A DNA stretch of 64,000 nt from Myxococcota bacterium (lineage in GTDB: Bacteria > Myxococcota_A > UBA9042 > PHBI01 > JAWLBL01): assembly GCA_041687695.1 (NCBI GenBank), contig JAWLBL010000015.1, forward strand, positions 140,589-204,588, given 5' to 3'. Made by a program: the position numbers and the translations under genes. Shown one piece after another: positions 34,035 through 43,930 of the stretch; position 1 is the stretch's first letter, and every line of letters starts with the position of its first letter. Below the pieces are notes generated by a model. The model saw nothing but the letters and a program-made list of their open reading frames with translations. It searched no databases and was not told the DNA's origin.

Positions 34035-35328
34035 GGGCCGGCGGACGCGGACCATCCAGGTCGACGCCCTGGCCCGGGTCGAGGGCGAGGGGGCGCTGCG
34101 GGTCGAGGTGCGCGACGGGCGGGTGACCGGCGTCGCCCTGAGCATCTTCGAGCCGCCGCGGTACTTCGAGGCCTTCCTGCGGGGGCGCGACTTCCGCGAG
34201 GCGCCGGACATCACCTCGCGCATCTGCGGCATCTGCCCGGTCGCCTACCAGATGAGCGCGGTGCACGCGATGGAGCGCGCGCTGGGCGTGACGGTGGACG
34301 GGGCGCTGCGGGCGCTGCGGCGGCTCATCTACTGCGGCGAGTGGGTCGAGAGCCACGCGCTGCACGCGGTGATGCTGCACGCGCCGGACTTCCTGGGCTT
34401 CGAGGGCGTGGTCGACATGGCGCGCGAGCACGGCGAGGCGGTGCGGCGCGGGCTGCGGCTGAAGAAGGCGGGCAACGCGCTGATGACGCTGCTGGGGGGG
34501 CGCGAGGTGCACCCCATCAACGTGCGGGTGGGCGGGTTCTATCGGGTGCCGACGCGGGCGGAGCTGCTGACGATGCGCGAGCCGCTCGAGCGGGCGCTGG
34601 AGGACGCGCTGGCCACGCTGCGCTGGGCGGCCGGGTTCGAGTTCCCCGAGCTGGAGCGCGGCTGGGAGCTCGTCGCCCTGCGCGGCGACGGCGAGTACCC
34701 GATGAACGAGGGGCGCGTCGCGTCGACCGCCGGGCTGGACGTGCCGATCGAGGGCTTCGAGGCGCGCATCGAGGAGTTCCAGGTGGCGCACTCGACGGCG
34801 CTGCACGCGCGGCGGCGGGGCGGCGGGGCCTACCTGACCGGGCCGCTGGCGCGCTTTGCGCTGAACGCCGACCGGCTGTCGCCGCTGGCGCGCGAGGCGG
34901 CGCGCGAGGTCGGGCTGGACGGGCCGTGCCGCAACCCCTTTCGCAGCGTCCTGGTGCGGCTGGTCGAGGTGGTCTACGCCGTCGACGAGGCGTTGCGGCT
35001 GATCGATGGGTACGAGCCGCCGCCGCAGCCGGCGGTCGAGGTGACGCCGCGGGCGGCGACCGGGTGCGCGGCGACCGAGGCGCCGCGGGGGCTGCTGTAC
35101 CACCGCTATCGCTTGGGCGCGGACGGGCGCATCGAGGAGGCGCGCATCGTGCCGCCGACCTCGCAGAACCAGCCCAGCATCGAGGCGGACCTGTGGGCGG
35201 TGGCCGAGGCGCACGTGGCGGCGCCGGACGCGGCGCTGCGGGCGCAGGCCGAGCGGGCCATCCGCAACCACGACCCGTGCATCTCGTGCGCGGCCCACTT
35301 CCTGACGCTGGAGGTGGACCGTGGCTGA
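34024..35328 (+). CDS. [NiFe] hydrogenase large (alpha) subunit, group 3b
   Basis: ARVEGEG, L1 motif [16 protein letters not shown]2 motif DPCISCAAH followed by a cleavable tail. Confidence 0.92.
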   Translation: MGGEGRRTRTIQVDALARVEGEGALRVEVRDGRVTGVALSIFEPPRYFEAFLRGRDFREAPDITSRICGICPVAYQMSAVHAMERALGVTVDGALRALRRLIYCGEWVESHALHAVMLHAPDFLGFEGVVDMAREHGEAVRRGLRLKKAGNALMTLLGGREVHPINVRVGGFYRVPTRAELLTMREPLERALEDALATLRWAAGFEFPELERGWELVALRGDGEYPMNEGRVASTAGLDVPIEGFEARIEEFQVAHSTALHARRRGGGAYLTGPLARFALNADRLSPLAREAAREVGLDGPCRNPFRSVLVRLVEVVYAVDEALRLIDGYEPPPQPAVEVTPRAATGCAATEAPRGLLYHRYRLGADGRIEEARIVPPTSQNQPSIEADLWAVAEAHVAAPDAALRAQAERAIRNHDPCISCAAHFLTLEVDRG

Positions 35329-35797
35329 GCGGGCGGGGACGGTGGTGGTCGGCGTGGGCAACCCGGGGCGCGGCGACGACGGCGTGGGGCCGGCGGTGGC
35401 GCGGGCGCTGCAGGGCCGGGTGGGGCCGGACGTGCGGGTGGTCGCGCGGGGCGGCGAGCCGGCGGGGCTGGTGGCGCTGCTGGAGGCGGCCGAGGCGGTG
35501 GCCCTGGTGGACGCGGTGCGGGGCGAGGGGCCGGCGGGGCGGGTGTGGCGCTTCGAGGCGGGCGCGGGGCCGCTGCCGGCGCGGTTGTTCGGGCGGGCGT
35601 CGACGCACGCGATGGGGTTGGCCGAGGCGGTCGAGCTGGCGCGGGCGCTGGGGGCGCTGCCGGGGCGGGTGGTGGTGTTCGGGGTCGAGGGGCAGGGGTT
35701 CGGCGTGGGCGAGGGCCTGTCGCCGGCGGTGGCGGCGGCCGTGCCCGAGGTGGCCGCGCGCGTGCTGGACGAGCTCGGGCGCTGGCGGAGGGGGTGA
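35321..35797 (+). CDS. Hydrogenase maturation protease
   Basis: GVGNPGRGDDGVG, LVDA, STH motif. Confidence 0.9.
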   Translation: MAERAGTVVVGVGNPGRGDDGVGPAVARALQGRVGPDVRVVARGGEPAGLVALLEAAEAVALVDAVRGEGPAGRVWRFEAGAGPLPARLFGRASTHAMGLAEAVELARALGALPGRVVVFGVEGQGFGVGEGLSPAVAAAVPEVAARVLDELGRWRRG

Positions 35798-35800
35798 GCG

Positions 35801-36067
35801 ATGCACGAGACGGGGCTGATGAACGGGCTGATGAAGCAGATCGCCGAGGTGGCGCGCGAGCACGGGGCGACCAAGGTGACGGTGGTGCGGCTGGCGCTGG
35901 GGGCGCTGGCGCCCATCACGGACGCGCACCTGCGGGAGCACTTCGACCTGGCGGCGCAGGGCACGGTGGCCGAGGGGGCGGCGCTGGAGATCGAGCGCAT
36001 GGAGGACCCGACGGCGCCGGACGCGATGCACTTCCGGATGACCGGGCTGGACGTGGAGCTGGCGTGA
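35801..36067 (+). CDS. hypA: HypA-like nickel chaperone, short form without CxxC
   Basis: N-terminal MHE, VRLALGAL, GTVAEGAALEIE. 88 aa with no cysteine. Confidence 0.8.
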   Translation: MHETGLMNGLMKQIAEVAREHGATKVTVVRLALGALAPITDAHLREHFDLAAQGTVAEGAALEIERMEDPTAPDAMHFRMTGLDVELA

Positions 36068-38388
36068 GCGCGGCGCGGCGGCGGTGGGCCCTGCGGGTGC
36101 GCGGGGTCGTGCAGGGCGTGGGCTTTCGGCCGTTCGTGGCGCGGCTGGCGGCGGCGCTGGCCGTGGGCGGGTGGGTGCGCAACGACGGCGACGGGGTGGT
36201 CGTGGAGGTCGAGGGCACGGAGGCGGCGCTCGAGGGTTTCGTGGCGCGGCTGGTGGCCGAGGCGCCGGCGGCGGCGCGCGTGGCGGGGCTGGAGCAGCGC
36301 GAGGTGACGCCGCGGGGCGAGGGCCGGTTCGTCATCGTGCCCAGCGCGGCGGGGGCGGCCGGGGGCGCGGGGCTGGTGGCCGACCTGGTCGCGTGCGAGG
36401 CGTGCGTGCGCGAGGTGTTCGACCCGGGGGCGCGGCGCTTTCGGTATCCGTTCGCGTGCTGCACGGCCTGCGGACCGCGCTACTCGGTGCTGCTGGCGCT
36501 GCCCTGGGACCGCGAGCGGACCACGATGCGGGGCTTCGCGCTGTGTGGCGGGTGCCGCGCCGAGTACGAGGACCCGGCGGACCGGCGGTTCCACGCCGAG
36601 CCCATCGCGTGCGCGGCGTGCGGGCCGCGGCTGGCGCTGGAGGACGGGGCGGGGCGGACGCTGGCGCGCGAGGACGAGGCGCTCGGGAGGGCGGCGGAGG
36701 CGCTGCGGGCGGGGGCCGTCGTGGCCGTGAAGGGGCTGGGCGGGTTCCAGCTGCTGGTGGACGGGCGCGACGCGGCGGCGGTGGGGCGGCTGCGGGCGCG
36801 CAAGGGGCGGCCGGACCGGCCGTTCGCGGTGATGGTGGGGGGGCTGGAGGCGGCGCGGGCGGTGGGGCGGGTCGGGGCGGCCGAGGCGGCGCTGCTGACG
36901 TCGGCGGCCGGGCCGATCGTGCTGGTCGAGCGGCGGGCCGGGGCGCCGGTGTGCGAGGCGGTGGCGCCGCGCAACCCGGACCTGGGGGTGATGCTGCCGA
37001 CGACGCCGCTGCACCATCTGCTGCTGGCGGCCGTGGGCGGGCCGGTGGTGGCGACCAGCGGGAACCGCTCGGGCGAGCCGCTGTGCGTCGAGGGGGCCGA
37101 GGCGCGCGAGCGGCTGGCCGGGGTGGCGGACCTGTGGCTGACCCACGACCGGCCCATCGCGCGGCCGCTGGACGACTCGGTGGTGCGGGTGATGGCGGGC
37201 GAGGCGGTGGTGCTGCGGCGGGCGCGCGGGTACGCGCCGGGGGCGCTGCCGTGGGCGTGGGAGGGGGCGGCGACCTGGGCGGCCGGCGGGGATCAGAAGG
37301 GGGCGGTGGGGCTGGCGGCGGGGGGCGAGCTGCTGGTGGGGGCGCACCTGGGCGAGCTGAGCGGGCCGCGGGCGCGGGCGCGGCACCGGGACGCGCTGGA
37401 GGAGCTGGCGCGGCTGCGCGGGGCGCGGCCGGCGCGGGTGGCGCACGACGCGCACCCGGACTATGCGTCGACGCGGGCGGCGCTGGAGCTGGGGCTGGAG
37501 GCGGTCGCGGTGCAGCACCACCACGCGCACGTGGCGGCGTGCATGGCCGAGCACGGCCTGCGCGGGCCGGCGCTGGGGCTGGCCTGGGACGGGGTGGGGC
37601 TGGGGGCCGACGGAGCGGCCTGGGGCGGCGAGGCGTTGGTGGCGACCTTGCGGCAGGCGCGCCGCTTCGCGCATCTGCGGCCGTTCCCGCTGCCGGGCGG
37701 GGACCGGGCGGCGCGCGACCCGCGGCGGGCGGCGCTGGGGCTGCTGGTGGCGCACGGCGGGGGCGCGGCCGAGGTCGATCTGGGCCTGCCGGCGGAGGCC
37801 GTGTCGGTGATGCGACAGGCGGTGGCGCGCGGGGTGAACGCGCCGGCGACCAGCAGCGTCGGGCGGCTGTTCGACGCGGTGGCGGCGCTGCTCGGCGTGG
37901 CCGGCGAGGTCACGTTCGAGGGGCAGGCGGCGATGGCGCTGGAGCACGCGGCGCGCGGCGAGGCCGACCCCTGGGCGCTGCCCTTGCCGCTGGTCGGGGC
38001 CGCGCCGCCGCTGACCATGGACTGGGGGCCGCTGCTCGACGCGCTGCTGAGCGCCCGCGCCCGCGGGGTGCCCGCGTCGCGCCTGTCGGCCGGGTTCCAC
38101 GAGGCGCTGGCGCGGAGCGCCGTCGAGGTCGCCGCGCGCGCCGGCCTGGCCGACGTGCTGTTGACCGGCGGCTGCTTCCAGAACCGGCGGCTGCTCGAGA
38201 CCTGCGTCGCCGGGCTGTCGGCAGCGGGGTTCCGCGCCTGGTTTCCGAAGGCCTGGCCTCCCAACGACGGGGGGCTGGCGCTGGGACAGCTGGCGGTGGC
38301 CTGCGCGCCGCACGTACCCGAGGAGGTCCGAGATGTGTCTGGCCATCCCCGCGCGCCTGGTCGAGGTCGCGCCGCCGCCCCCCGATGA
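36064..38388 (+). CDS. hypF: Carbamoyltransferase HypF
   Basis: GVVQGVGFRPFV, Zn fingers CxxC, RRFHAEP, KGLGGF, TSGN, QHHHAH, GRLFDA, NDGGLALGQ. Confidence 0.92.
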   Translation: MSAARRRWALRVRGVVQGVGFRPFVARLAAALAVGGWVRNDGDGVVVEVEGTEAALEGFVARLVAEAPAAARVAGLEQREVTPRGEGRFVIVPSAAGAAGGAGLVADLVACEACVREVFDPGARRFRYPFACCTACGPRYSVLLALPWDRERTTMRGFALCGGCRAEYEDPADRRFHAEPIACAACGPRLALEDGAGRTLAREDEALGRAAEALRAGAVVAVKGLGGFQLLVDGRDAAAVGRLRARKGRPDRPFAVMVGGLEAARAVGRVGAAEAALLTSAAGPIVLVERRAGAPVCEAVAPRNPDLGVMLPTTPLHHLLLAAVGGPVVATSGNRSGEPLCVEGAEARERLAGVADLWLTHDRPIARPLDDSVVRVMAGEAVVLRRARGYAPGALPWAWEGAATWAAGGDQKGAVGLAAGGELLVGAHLGELSGPRARARHRDALEELARLRGARPARVAHDAHPDYASTRAALELGLEAVAVQHHHAHVAACMAEHGLRGPALGLAWDGVGLGADGAAWGGEALVATLRQARRFAHLRPFPLPGGDRAARDPRRAALGLLVAHGGGAAEVDLGLPAEAVSVMRQAVARGVNAPATSSVGRLFDAVAALLGVAGEVTFEGQAAMALEHAARGEADPWALPLPLVGAAPPLTMDWGPLLDALLSARARGVPASRLSAGFHEALARSAVEVAARAGLADVLLTGGCFQNRRLLETCVAGLSAAGFRAWFPKAWPPNDGGLALGQLAVACAPHVPEEVRDVSGHPRAPGRGRAAAPR

Positions 38389-38593
38389 CGCGGCCGAGCT
38401 GCGCCAGGGGCGCGCCGACTTCGGCGGCGTCACCCGCTCGGTGTGCCTGGCCCTGCTGCCCGACGCGGCGGTGGGGCAGTGGGTCATCGTCCACGTCGGC
38501 TTCGCCATCGCGCGCCTGGACGAGGCCGAGGCGCGGCGGGTGCTGGCCGAGATCGAGGCGCTGGAGGCCTTCTCCGAGGAGCAGGAAAAATGA
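38333..38593 (+). CDS. hypC: Hydrogenase assembly chaperone HypC
   Basis: MCLAIP start, VHVGFAI, GAGGAGG RBS. Confidence 0.93.
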   Translation: MCLAIPARLVEVAPPPPDDAAELRQGRADFGGVTRSVCLALLPDAAVGQWVIVHVGFAIARLDEAEARRVLAEIEALEAFSEEQEK

Positions 38594-39687
38594 GCTGGCG
38601 TGAACCCTTCCGCGACCCCGCCGCGGTCGCCCGGCTGGGCGACCTCATCGCCCGCACCATCACCCGCCCGTGGACGCTGATGGAGGTCTGCGGCGGCCAG
38701 ACCCACGCCATCGTCCGCTATGGCCTCGACGCCCTGCTGCCGCCCGGGGTCACCTTGCTGCACGGGCCGGGCTGCCCGGTGTGCGTCACGCCCATCGAGG
38801 TGCTGGACCAGGCGCTGGCCATCGCCCGGCGCCCCGAGGTCGTCTTCTGCTCGTTCGGCGACATGCTGCGCGTCCCGGGCACGGACGGCGATCTGCTGGC
38901 CGCCCGCGCGGCCGGCGCCGACGTGCGCGTCGTCTACTCGCCCTTGGACGCCGTGGCCCTGGCGGCCCGGCACCCCGATCGGCAGGTCGTCTTCTTCGCC
39001 GTCGGCTTCGAGACCACCGCCCCGGCCCACGCCATCGCGGCGCAGCTGGCCCGCCGCCAGGGCCTGCGCAACTTCTCGCTGCTGGTCTCGCACGTCCTCG
39101 TGCCGCCCGCCCTCGAGGCCATCCTGGCCGGCCCCGAGCGCCGCGTCGACGGCTTCCTGGCGGCCGGCCACGTCTGCACCGTCATGGGCACGGCCGAGTA
39201 TGCGCCCATCGCCGCCCGCCACCGCGTGCCCATCGTCATCACCGGCTTCGAGCCGGTCGACCTCCTGCGCGGCCTGGCGACCTGCCTCGCGCTGCTCGAG
39301 GCGGGCCGCGCCGAGGTGGTCAACGCCTACGCGCGCGTCGCCCCCGACGGCGGCAACCCGGTGGCGCGCGCCGCGGTCGAGCAGGTCTTCGCCGTGCGGA
39401 CCCGCAAGTGGCGCGGCGTCGGCGCCCTGCCGGCCAGCGGCCTGGGCCTCGCCCCCGCCTGGGCCGAGCTCGACGCCGCCCTGCGCTTCGGCGTCGCCGA
39501 CCTGCGCGCCGACGAGCCGGCCGAGTGCCTGGCCGGCCAGGTCCTGATGGGCGCCCGCCGCCCGCCCGAGTGCCCCGCCTTCGGCACCCGCTGCACCCCC
39601 GAGCACCCGCTGGGGGCGCCCATGGTCTCGTCCGAGGGCGCCTGCGCCGCCTACCACCGCTTCCGCTCCCGCGAGGTCGCCCGATGA
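38590..39687 (+). CDS. hypD: Hydrogenase formation protein HypD
   Basis: [37 protein letters not shown]. Confidence 0.94.
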   Translation: MSWREPFRDPAAVARLGDLIARTITRPWTLMEVCGGQTHAIVRYGLDALLPPGVTLLHGPGCPVCVTPIEVLDQALAIARRPEVVFCSFGDMLRVPGTDGDLLAARAAGADVRVVYSPLDAVALAARHPDRQVVFFAVGFETTAPAHAIAAQLARRQGLRNFSLLVSHVLVPPALEAILAGPERRVDGFLAAGHVCTVMGTAEYAPIAARHRVPIVITGFEPVDLLRGLATCLALLEAGRAEVVNAYARVAPDGGNPVARAAVEQVFAVRTRKWRGVGALPASGLGLAPAWAELDAALRFGVADLRADEPAECLAGQVLMGARRPPECPAFGTRCTPEHPLGAPMVSSEGACAAYHRFRSREVAR

Positions 39688-40745
39688 GCACCACCGCCCC
39701 GTCCGCCTCCACCGCCGCCTGCCCCCTGCCCGCCGCCCCGGGGCCGCTCGTCGAGCGCGCCCACGGCGGCGGCGGGCGCCGCGCCCGCGTCCTGCTCGAG
39801 ACCCTGTTCGCGCCGGCCTTCGCCAGCCCCGAGCAGGCGGTCGACACCGACGCCGCCCTGCTGGACCTGCCGGCGCCCGGGCGGCTGGCGCTGACCACCG
39901 ACTCCTTCGTGGTCGACCCGCTGTTCTTCCCCGGCGGCGACATCGGGCGCCTGGCCGTCTATGGCACGGTCAACGATCTGGCCGTCTCGGGCGCCCGGCC
40001 GCTGTGGCTCGCCGCCGGCTTCATCGTCGAGGAGGGGCTGCCGCTCGAGACCCTGCGGCGGGTGGTCGACGCGATGGCCGAGGCGGCCCGCGAGGCGAAC
40101 GTGCGCGTGGTCACCGGGGACACCAAGGTGGTCCCGCGCGGGCAGGCCGGCGGCGGGCTGTTCATCAACACCACCGGCGTCGGGCTGGCCGCGCCCGGCT
40201 GCGCGCTTGGGCCGGCGGCCATGGCGCCGGGGGACGTGGTGCTCCTCAGCGGGGACGTGGGGCGCCACGGGGTGGCGGTGATGTCGGTGCGCGAGGGGCT
40301 GGCCTTCGAGACGCCGCTGGTCAGCGACTGCGCGCCGCTCGACCGGGCGTGCGCGGCGCTGCTGCAGGCGGGCATCCCGGTGCGGGTGATGCGCGACCTG
40401 ACCCGCGGCGGGCTGGCCAGCGCGCTGGTCGAGCTGGCCGAGGCCTCGGGGCTGGGGCTGCTGCTCGACGAGGCCGCCGTCCCGGTGAGCGCCGAGGTCG
40501 GCGCGGCCTGCGAGCTGCTGGGCCTCGACCCGCTGCACGTCGCCTGCGAGGGGCGCTTCGTCGCGGTGGTGGCCGCCGACGAGGCCGCGCGCGCCCTGAC
40601 CGTGCTGCGGCCCCACGCTCCGCGGGCGGCCTGCGTCGGCAGCGTCACGTCGGCCCACCCGCGGCTGGTCGTCGCGCGGACGGCGCTGGGGACCGAGCGG
40701 GTGGTCGACATGCTCAGCGGCGAGCAGCTGCCGCGGATCTGCTGA
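39684..40745 (+). CDS. hypE: Carbamoyl dehydratase HypE
   Basis: [36 protein letters not shown]-terminal LPRIC. Confidence 0.94.
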   Translation: MSTTAPSASTAACPLPAAPGPLVERAHGGGGRRARVLLETLFAPAFASPEQAVDTDAALLDLPAPGRLALTTDSFVVDPLFFPGGDIGRLAVYGTVNDLAVSGARPLWLAAGFIVEEGLPLETLRRVVDAMAEAAREANVRVVTGDTKVVPRGQAGGGLFINTTGVGLAAPGCALGPAAMAPGDVVLLSGDVGRHGVAVMSVREGLAFETPLVSDCAPLDRACAALLQAGIPVRVMRDLTRGGLASALVELAEASGLGLLLDEAAVPVSAEVGAACELLGLDPLHVACEGRFVAVVAADEAARALTVLRPHAPRAACVGSVTSAHPRLVVARTALGTERVVDMLSGEQLPRIC

Positions 40746-40913
40746 GGCGCCGGCGGCAACGCGCCTTGGTCTGCGGGGCGGCGCGACGCTATGCGACCCG
40801 TGGCTCGCGGGGGCGCCGGGGCGGTCCTAGGCTACGCACACCCCCCGACCCGCAACCACGGGGCGTGCCGTGGGCGCGCCCAATGCCACGCCATTGCCAA
40901 GGAGAGTGCCACC

Positions 40914-41360
40914 ATGGCCATCACCCGTTGGGACCCCTTCCGCGAGCTGGACCTGTTCTCGAGGCGGCTCGGTGACCTCATGAACATGGGCCAGCGCGGC
41001 GGCGAAGGCCGCGACCAGCTCTCGGCCGCCGACTGGTATCCGACCGTCGACATCGCCGAGACCAAGGAGGAGTACCTCATCACGGCCGAGCTGCCCGGGG
41101 TCAAGAAGGACGACATCACCATCGACGTCGACAAGGGCGTCCTGACCCTGCGGGGCGAGCGCAAGAGCGAGCACGAGGAGAAGCGCGACCGCATCCACCG
41201 CATCGAGCGCTCCTACGGGCAGTTCGTCCGGTCGTTCTCGCTGCCCGAGAACGTCAACGAGGACATGGTGAAGGCCGAGTACAAGGACGGGCTGCTGAAG
41301 GTCCACCTGGGCAAGCAGGAGCGCAAGAACGGCAAGGGGCGCCGCATCGACATCAAGTGA
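40914..41360 (+). CDS. Small heat-shock protein Hsp20
   Basis: RWDPFRE, PTVDIAE, AELPGV, ERSYGQFVRSFSLP, AEYKDGLL. AAGGAG RBS. Confidence 0.93.
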   Translation: MAITRWDPFRELDLFSRRLGDLMNMGQRGGEGRDQLSAADWYPTVDIAETKEEYLITAELPGVKKDDITIDVDKGVLTLRGERKSEHEEKRDRIHRIERSYGQFVRSFSLPENVNEDMVKAEYKDGLLKVHLGKQERKNGKGRRIDIK

Positions 41361-41442
41361 GCGAAGCGGCCCGAAGGACGCGACCGGGGGCGGCCCGCCA
41401 CGACGGCGGCCGCTCGCCCGGCCCGAGTCGCCGTGATGCCCG

Positions 41443-41964
41443 CTAGAGCTCGAGCGCGACGGCCACACCCTGCACGGCCGAGGCGATGCGGATGGCGTCG
41501 TGGATCTGCGCCTCGGTCGCGCCCAGCTCGCGCAAGGCGCGCTCGTGGAACTGCACGCACCACCCGCAGCGGCCGATGGTGCTGACCGCCAGCAGCATCA
41601 GCTCGAAGTCCACCTTGTCGCTCGCGATGCGCCCCAGGCGGCTCATCCGCAGGTTGGGCCGCAGCTGCGCGTAGCTCTCGCGCTCCACCAGATGTCGGAA
41701 GCCGTAGTAGACGTTGTTCTGGGCCATCATCACCGCCGCCCCGCGCGCGTCGGACAGGGTGTCGGCGCCGACCACGTCCTGCGCCCCCTGCAGCACCGCC
41801 GCCTTGAGCGCCGGGTTGCGGGCCGCGTAGGCGCAGGCCAGGGCGACGCCCCAGCGCTGGTTCACCGTCAGGTTGGGCGCCTCCAGCACGGCCGGCAGGT
41901 TCTGGCGCACGTCGTTGGCTTCCTCGGGCAGTCGCTCGAGCAGGGCTTGCAGGGTCGTCGTCAT
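41443..41964 (-). CDS. ahpD: Alkyl hydroperoxide reductase AhpD
   Basis: MAQNNVYY, DFELMLLAVS, CGWCVQFH (CxxCxxxH). Confidence 0.85.
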   Translation of the reverse strand: MTTTLQALLERLPEEANDVRQNLPAVLEAPNLTVNQRWGVALACAYAARNPALKAAVLQGAQDVVGADTLSDARGAAVMMAQNNVYYGFRHLVERESYAQLRPNLRMSRLGRIASDKVDFELMLLAVSTIGRCGWCVQFHERALRELGATEAQIHDAIRIASAVQGVAVALEL

Positions 41965-42036
41965 GAGGGGTCTCCTTGACCGGGGGGCACGGCGTGACGG
42001 CCGAGCGCTTCGGTCGCAGCGTGTCTCATGCCCCTA

Positions 42037-42052
42037 GGCAAGGGCCGTGCCA
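42037..42052 (-). promoter_or_regulatory. sigma54 promoter candidate for ahpD
   Basis: Minus strand TGGCACGGCCCTTGCC, a near-consensus match about 70 bp upstream of the start. Confidence 0.7.
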
Positions 42053-42177
42053 GGGCCGGGACCCGAGGCTCTCCGGGCCGGCTCGCCCGCCCGGTGGCGC
42101 CCGGTTGCGCCATCCGGCCCACCCGACCGGGCCGGCGCCCACACCCGAGCGCCGGCCCACGCGGAGGCGCCGTCAGT

Positions 42178-42731
42178 AGAGGGTGTAGTATTGATGCCGG
42201 CTGAGGCGGCCATGGAGTGCTCCGGCTTGCCGGAGCCCCGGCCCCGGCGGCTTGCCGCCGGGATCTGGCCGCCAAACCCGTCGCAGCAAGCTGCGCCGGA
42301 TGGGGGCTCCACCAAGGTGGAGCACTCCGGTTGGGCTGGTGCGTCGGTGGCGGCGGCCCTGGAGGGCTCCGGCTTGCCGGAGCCCCGGCCCCGGCGGCTT
42401 GCCGCCGGGATCTGGCCGCCAACCCCGGCGCAGCAAGCTGCGCCGGATGGGGGCTCCACCAAGGTGGAGCACTCCGGTTGGCCCTTCTGCGACACCCTCT
42501 GGAAGCCGGCGGTCCCAGGGGGGGCGGGGCCGAAGATGGCGGTGAGGTCGGCCGGCTGGAAGAGGGTGTCGTATTGATGCCGGCCGAGGCGGCCCTGGAG
42601 TGCTCCGGCTTGCCGGAGCCCCGGCCCCGGCGGCTTGCCGCCGGGATCTGGCCGCCAAACCCGGCGCAGCAAGCTGCGCCGGATGGGGGCTCCACCAAGG
42701 TGGAGCACTCCGGTTGGGCTCTTGCGACACC
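42178..42731. repeat. Three 115-bp four-hairpin palindromic units (REP/BIME-like)
   Basis: Copies at 42214..42328, 42361..42475 and 42597..42711. Each is bounded by GGAGTGC...GCACTCC (GGAGGGC in copy 2) and contains GCTCCGGC-TT-GCCGGAGC, CCCGGCGGC-TT-GCCGCCGGG, GCGCAGC-AA-GCTGCGC and GCTCCACC-AA-GGTGGAGC. Confidence 0.92.
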
Positions 42732-42732
42732 G

Positions 42733-43806
42733 TCAGTAGCCGGCGCAGTCGACCATCTGCACGTCGTACGAGAAGGGCTGGGGAACGCCCGAGACCGAGA
42801 CCCGATAGGTCTTGCCGGCGGTGGCCTTCCAGCCCGACGGGACGAAGGACAGGCCGTACTTGCTGCCGTAGTTGGCGCTCAGGGTGCGCTTGGACACGGG
42901 CAGCGAGGCGCCGCCCGAGGTGACCTTCACGGTGGCCTTGGACAGATCGATGGAGTCGCTCTGGATGGACCAGCCGGTGCTGTCCAGCGAGGTGGAGCCG
43001 CCTGCGGTCATGGCGTGGACCGGGAAGACGCCCTCGGCCGGCCAGGCCGTCCAGTCGCGGCCGGCGGAGCCCGCGCCACCCAGGACCCACATGCACGAGT
43101 AGTCGCCGGTCGAGCCGATGCCGATGGGGCCGAGGCGGTTGGAGAGGATGTAGCGGCGGTGGCCGAGCGTAGCGGCGTTGTTGGAGCCGGGGTCCAGCAT
43201 GTACAGGTCGACCGCGCGGACGGCGCCGGTGGTGGCGACGTTGCTCTTTCCGGCGGCCGCGGCGCCAGCGCTGTTGTAACAAGGCGTCGAGGTGCTGGGC
43301 GTGTGGGTGATCCGATTCCCGGCGTCCATGATGAGGGCGCAGGCCTGCGCGTCCTTGTTGCGCGTGGCGTCGGTGGTGACCGCCGGCAGGTCCGCGAGCG
43401 AGCGGTACAGGTTCACCAGCTTCAGCGCGTTGGAGCGGCCCGAGCCCGCGATGTCGCCGGCGCTGCAGGTGTTGGTGCTGCCGCTCCAGGAGCCCTCGGA
43501 CAGGTCGGCGCGGGCGGCGTTCCATTGGCGGCAGACGTTGGCGACCTCGGAGCTGGGCGGCGGCGGTGAGGGAGGCGTCGGGGTGACCACGTCGTCGCCG
43601 CCGTCGTCCGCGGGGGGATCGTCGGGGGGCGTGGGGTCGTCAGGCGGAGGCTTGGGCTTCGAGGGCGTCTCGTCCGAGGGGTCTTCGGTCTGCTCGGAGG
43701 GGTCCAGCGGCTCGACGGCGCCGGTGTAGTCGTCGTCACAGGCGACGAGGGCGAGGCTGAAGAGGGTGAGGATCGAGATGGCCAGGCGAGCGGTGGTCGA
43801 ACGCAC
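42733..43806 (-). CDS. CAP/SCP-domain lipoprotein
   Basis: Lipobox LVAC, Pro/Asp linker, VNLYRSLADLP, ITHTP, SNVA, LGHRRYIL. Start is uncertain. Confidence 0.78.
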   Translation of the reverse strand: MRSTTARLAISILTLFSLALVACDDDYTGAVEPLDPSEQTEDPSDETPSKPKPPPDDPTPPDDPPADDGGDDVVTPTPPSPPPPSSEVANVCRQWNAARADLSEGSWSGSTNTCSAGDIAGSGRSNALKLVNLYRSLADLPAVTTDATRNKDAQACALIMDAGNRITHTPSTSTPCYNSAGAAAAGKSNVATTGAVRAVDLYMLDPGSNNAATLGHRRYILSNRLGPIGIGSTGDYSCMWVLGGAGSAGRDWTAWPAEGVFPVHAMTAGGSTSLDSTGWSIQSDSIDLSKATVKVTSGGASLPVSKRTLSANYGSKYGLSFVPSGWKATAGKTYRVSVSGVPQPFSYDVQMVDCAGY

Positions 43807-43930
43807 GGGGGCTCCAGGTGGGGCCGCCGCGGGGGCGCCAGGGGAGGGGCGCGCCGCCGCCGGCGGGCGTGTGGAGAGCCCAAGCGTGTGAAATGATTGA
43901 GTCATTCCCCGCAGGCGGGGAGGGGTCGGC

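Noticed and set aside
33973..39657. 1894-aa minus-strand ORF
   Set aside because: Antisense shadow of the hydrogenase/hyp genes, caused by stop-codon scarcity at very high GC; no recognisable motifs.
42178..42731. CRISPR array or tRNA cluster
   Set aside because: The 115-bp units are too long for CRISPR repeats, spacing is irregular, and there are no tRNA T-loop/anticodon features or CCA ends.
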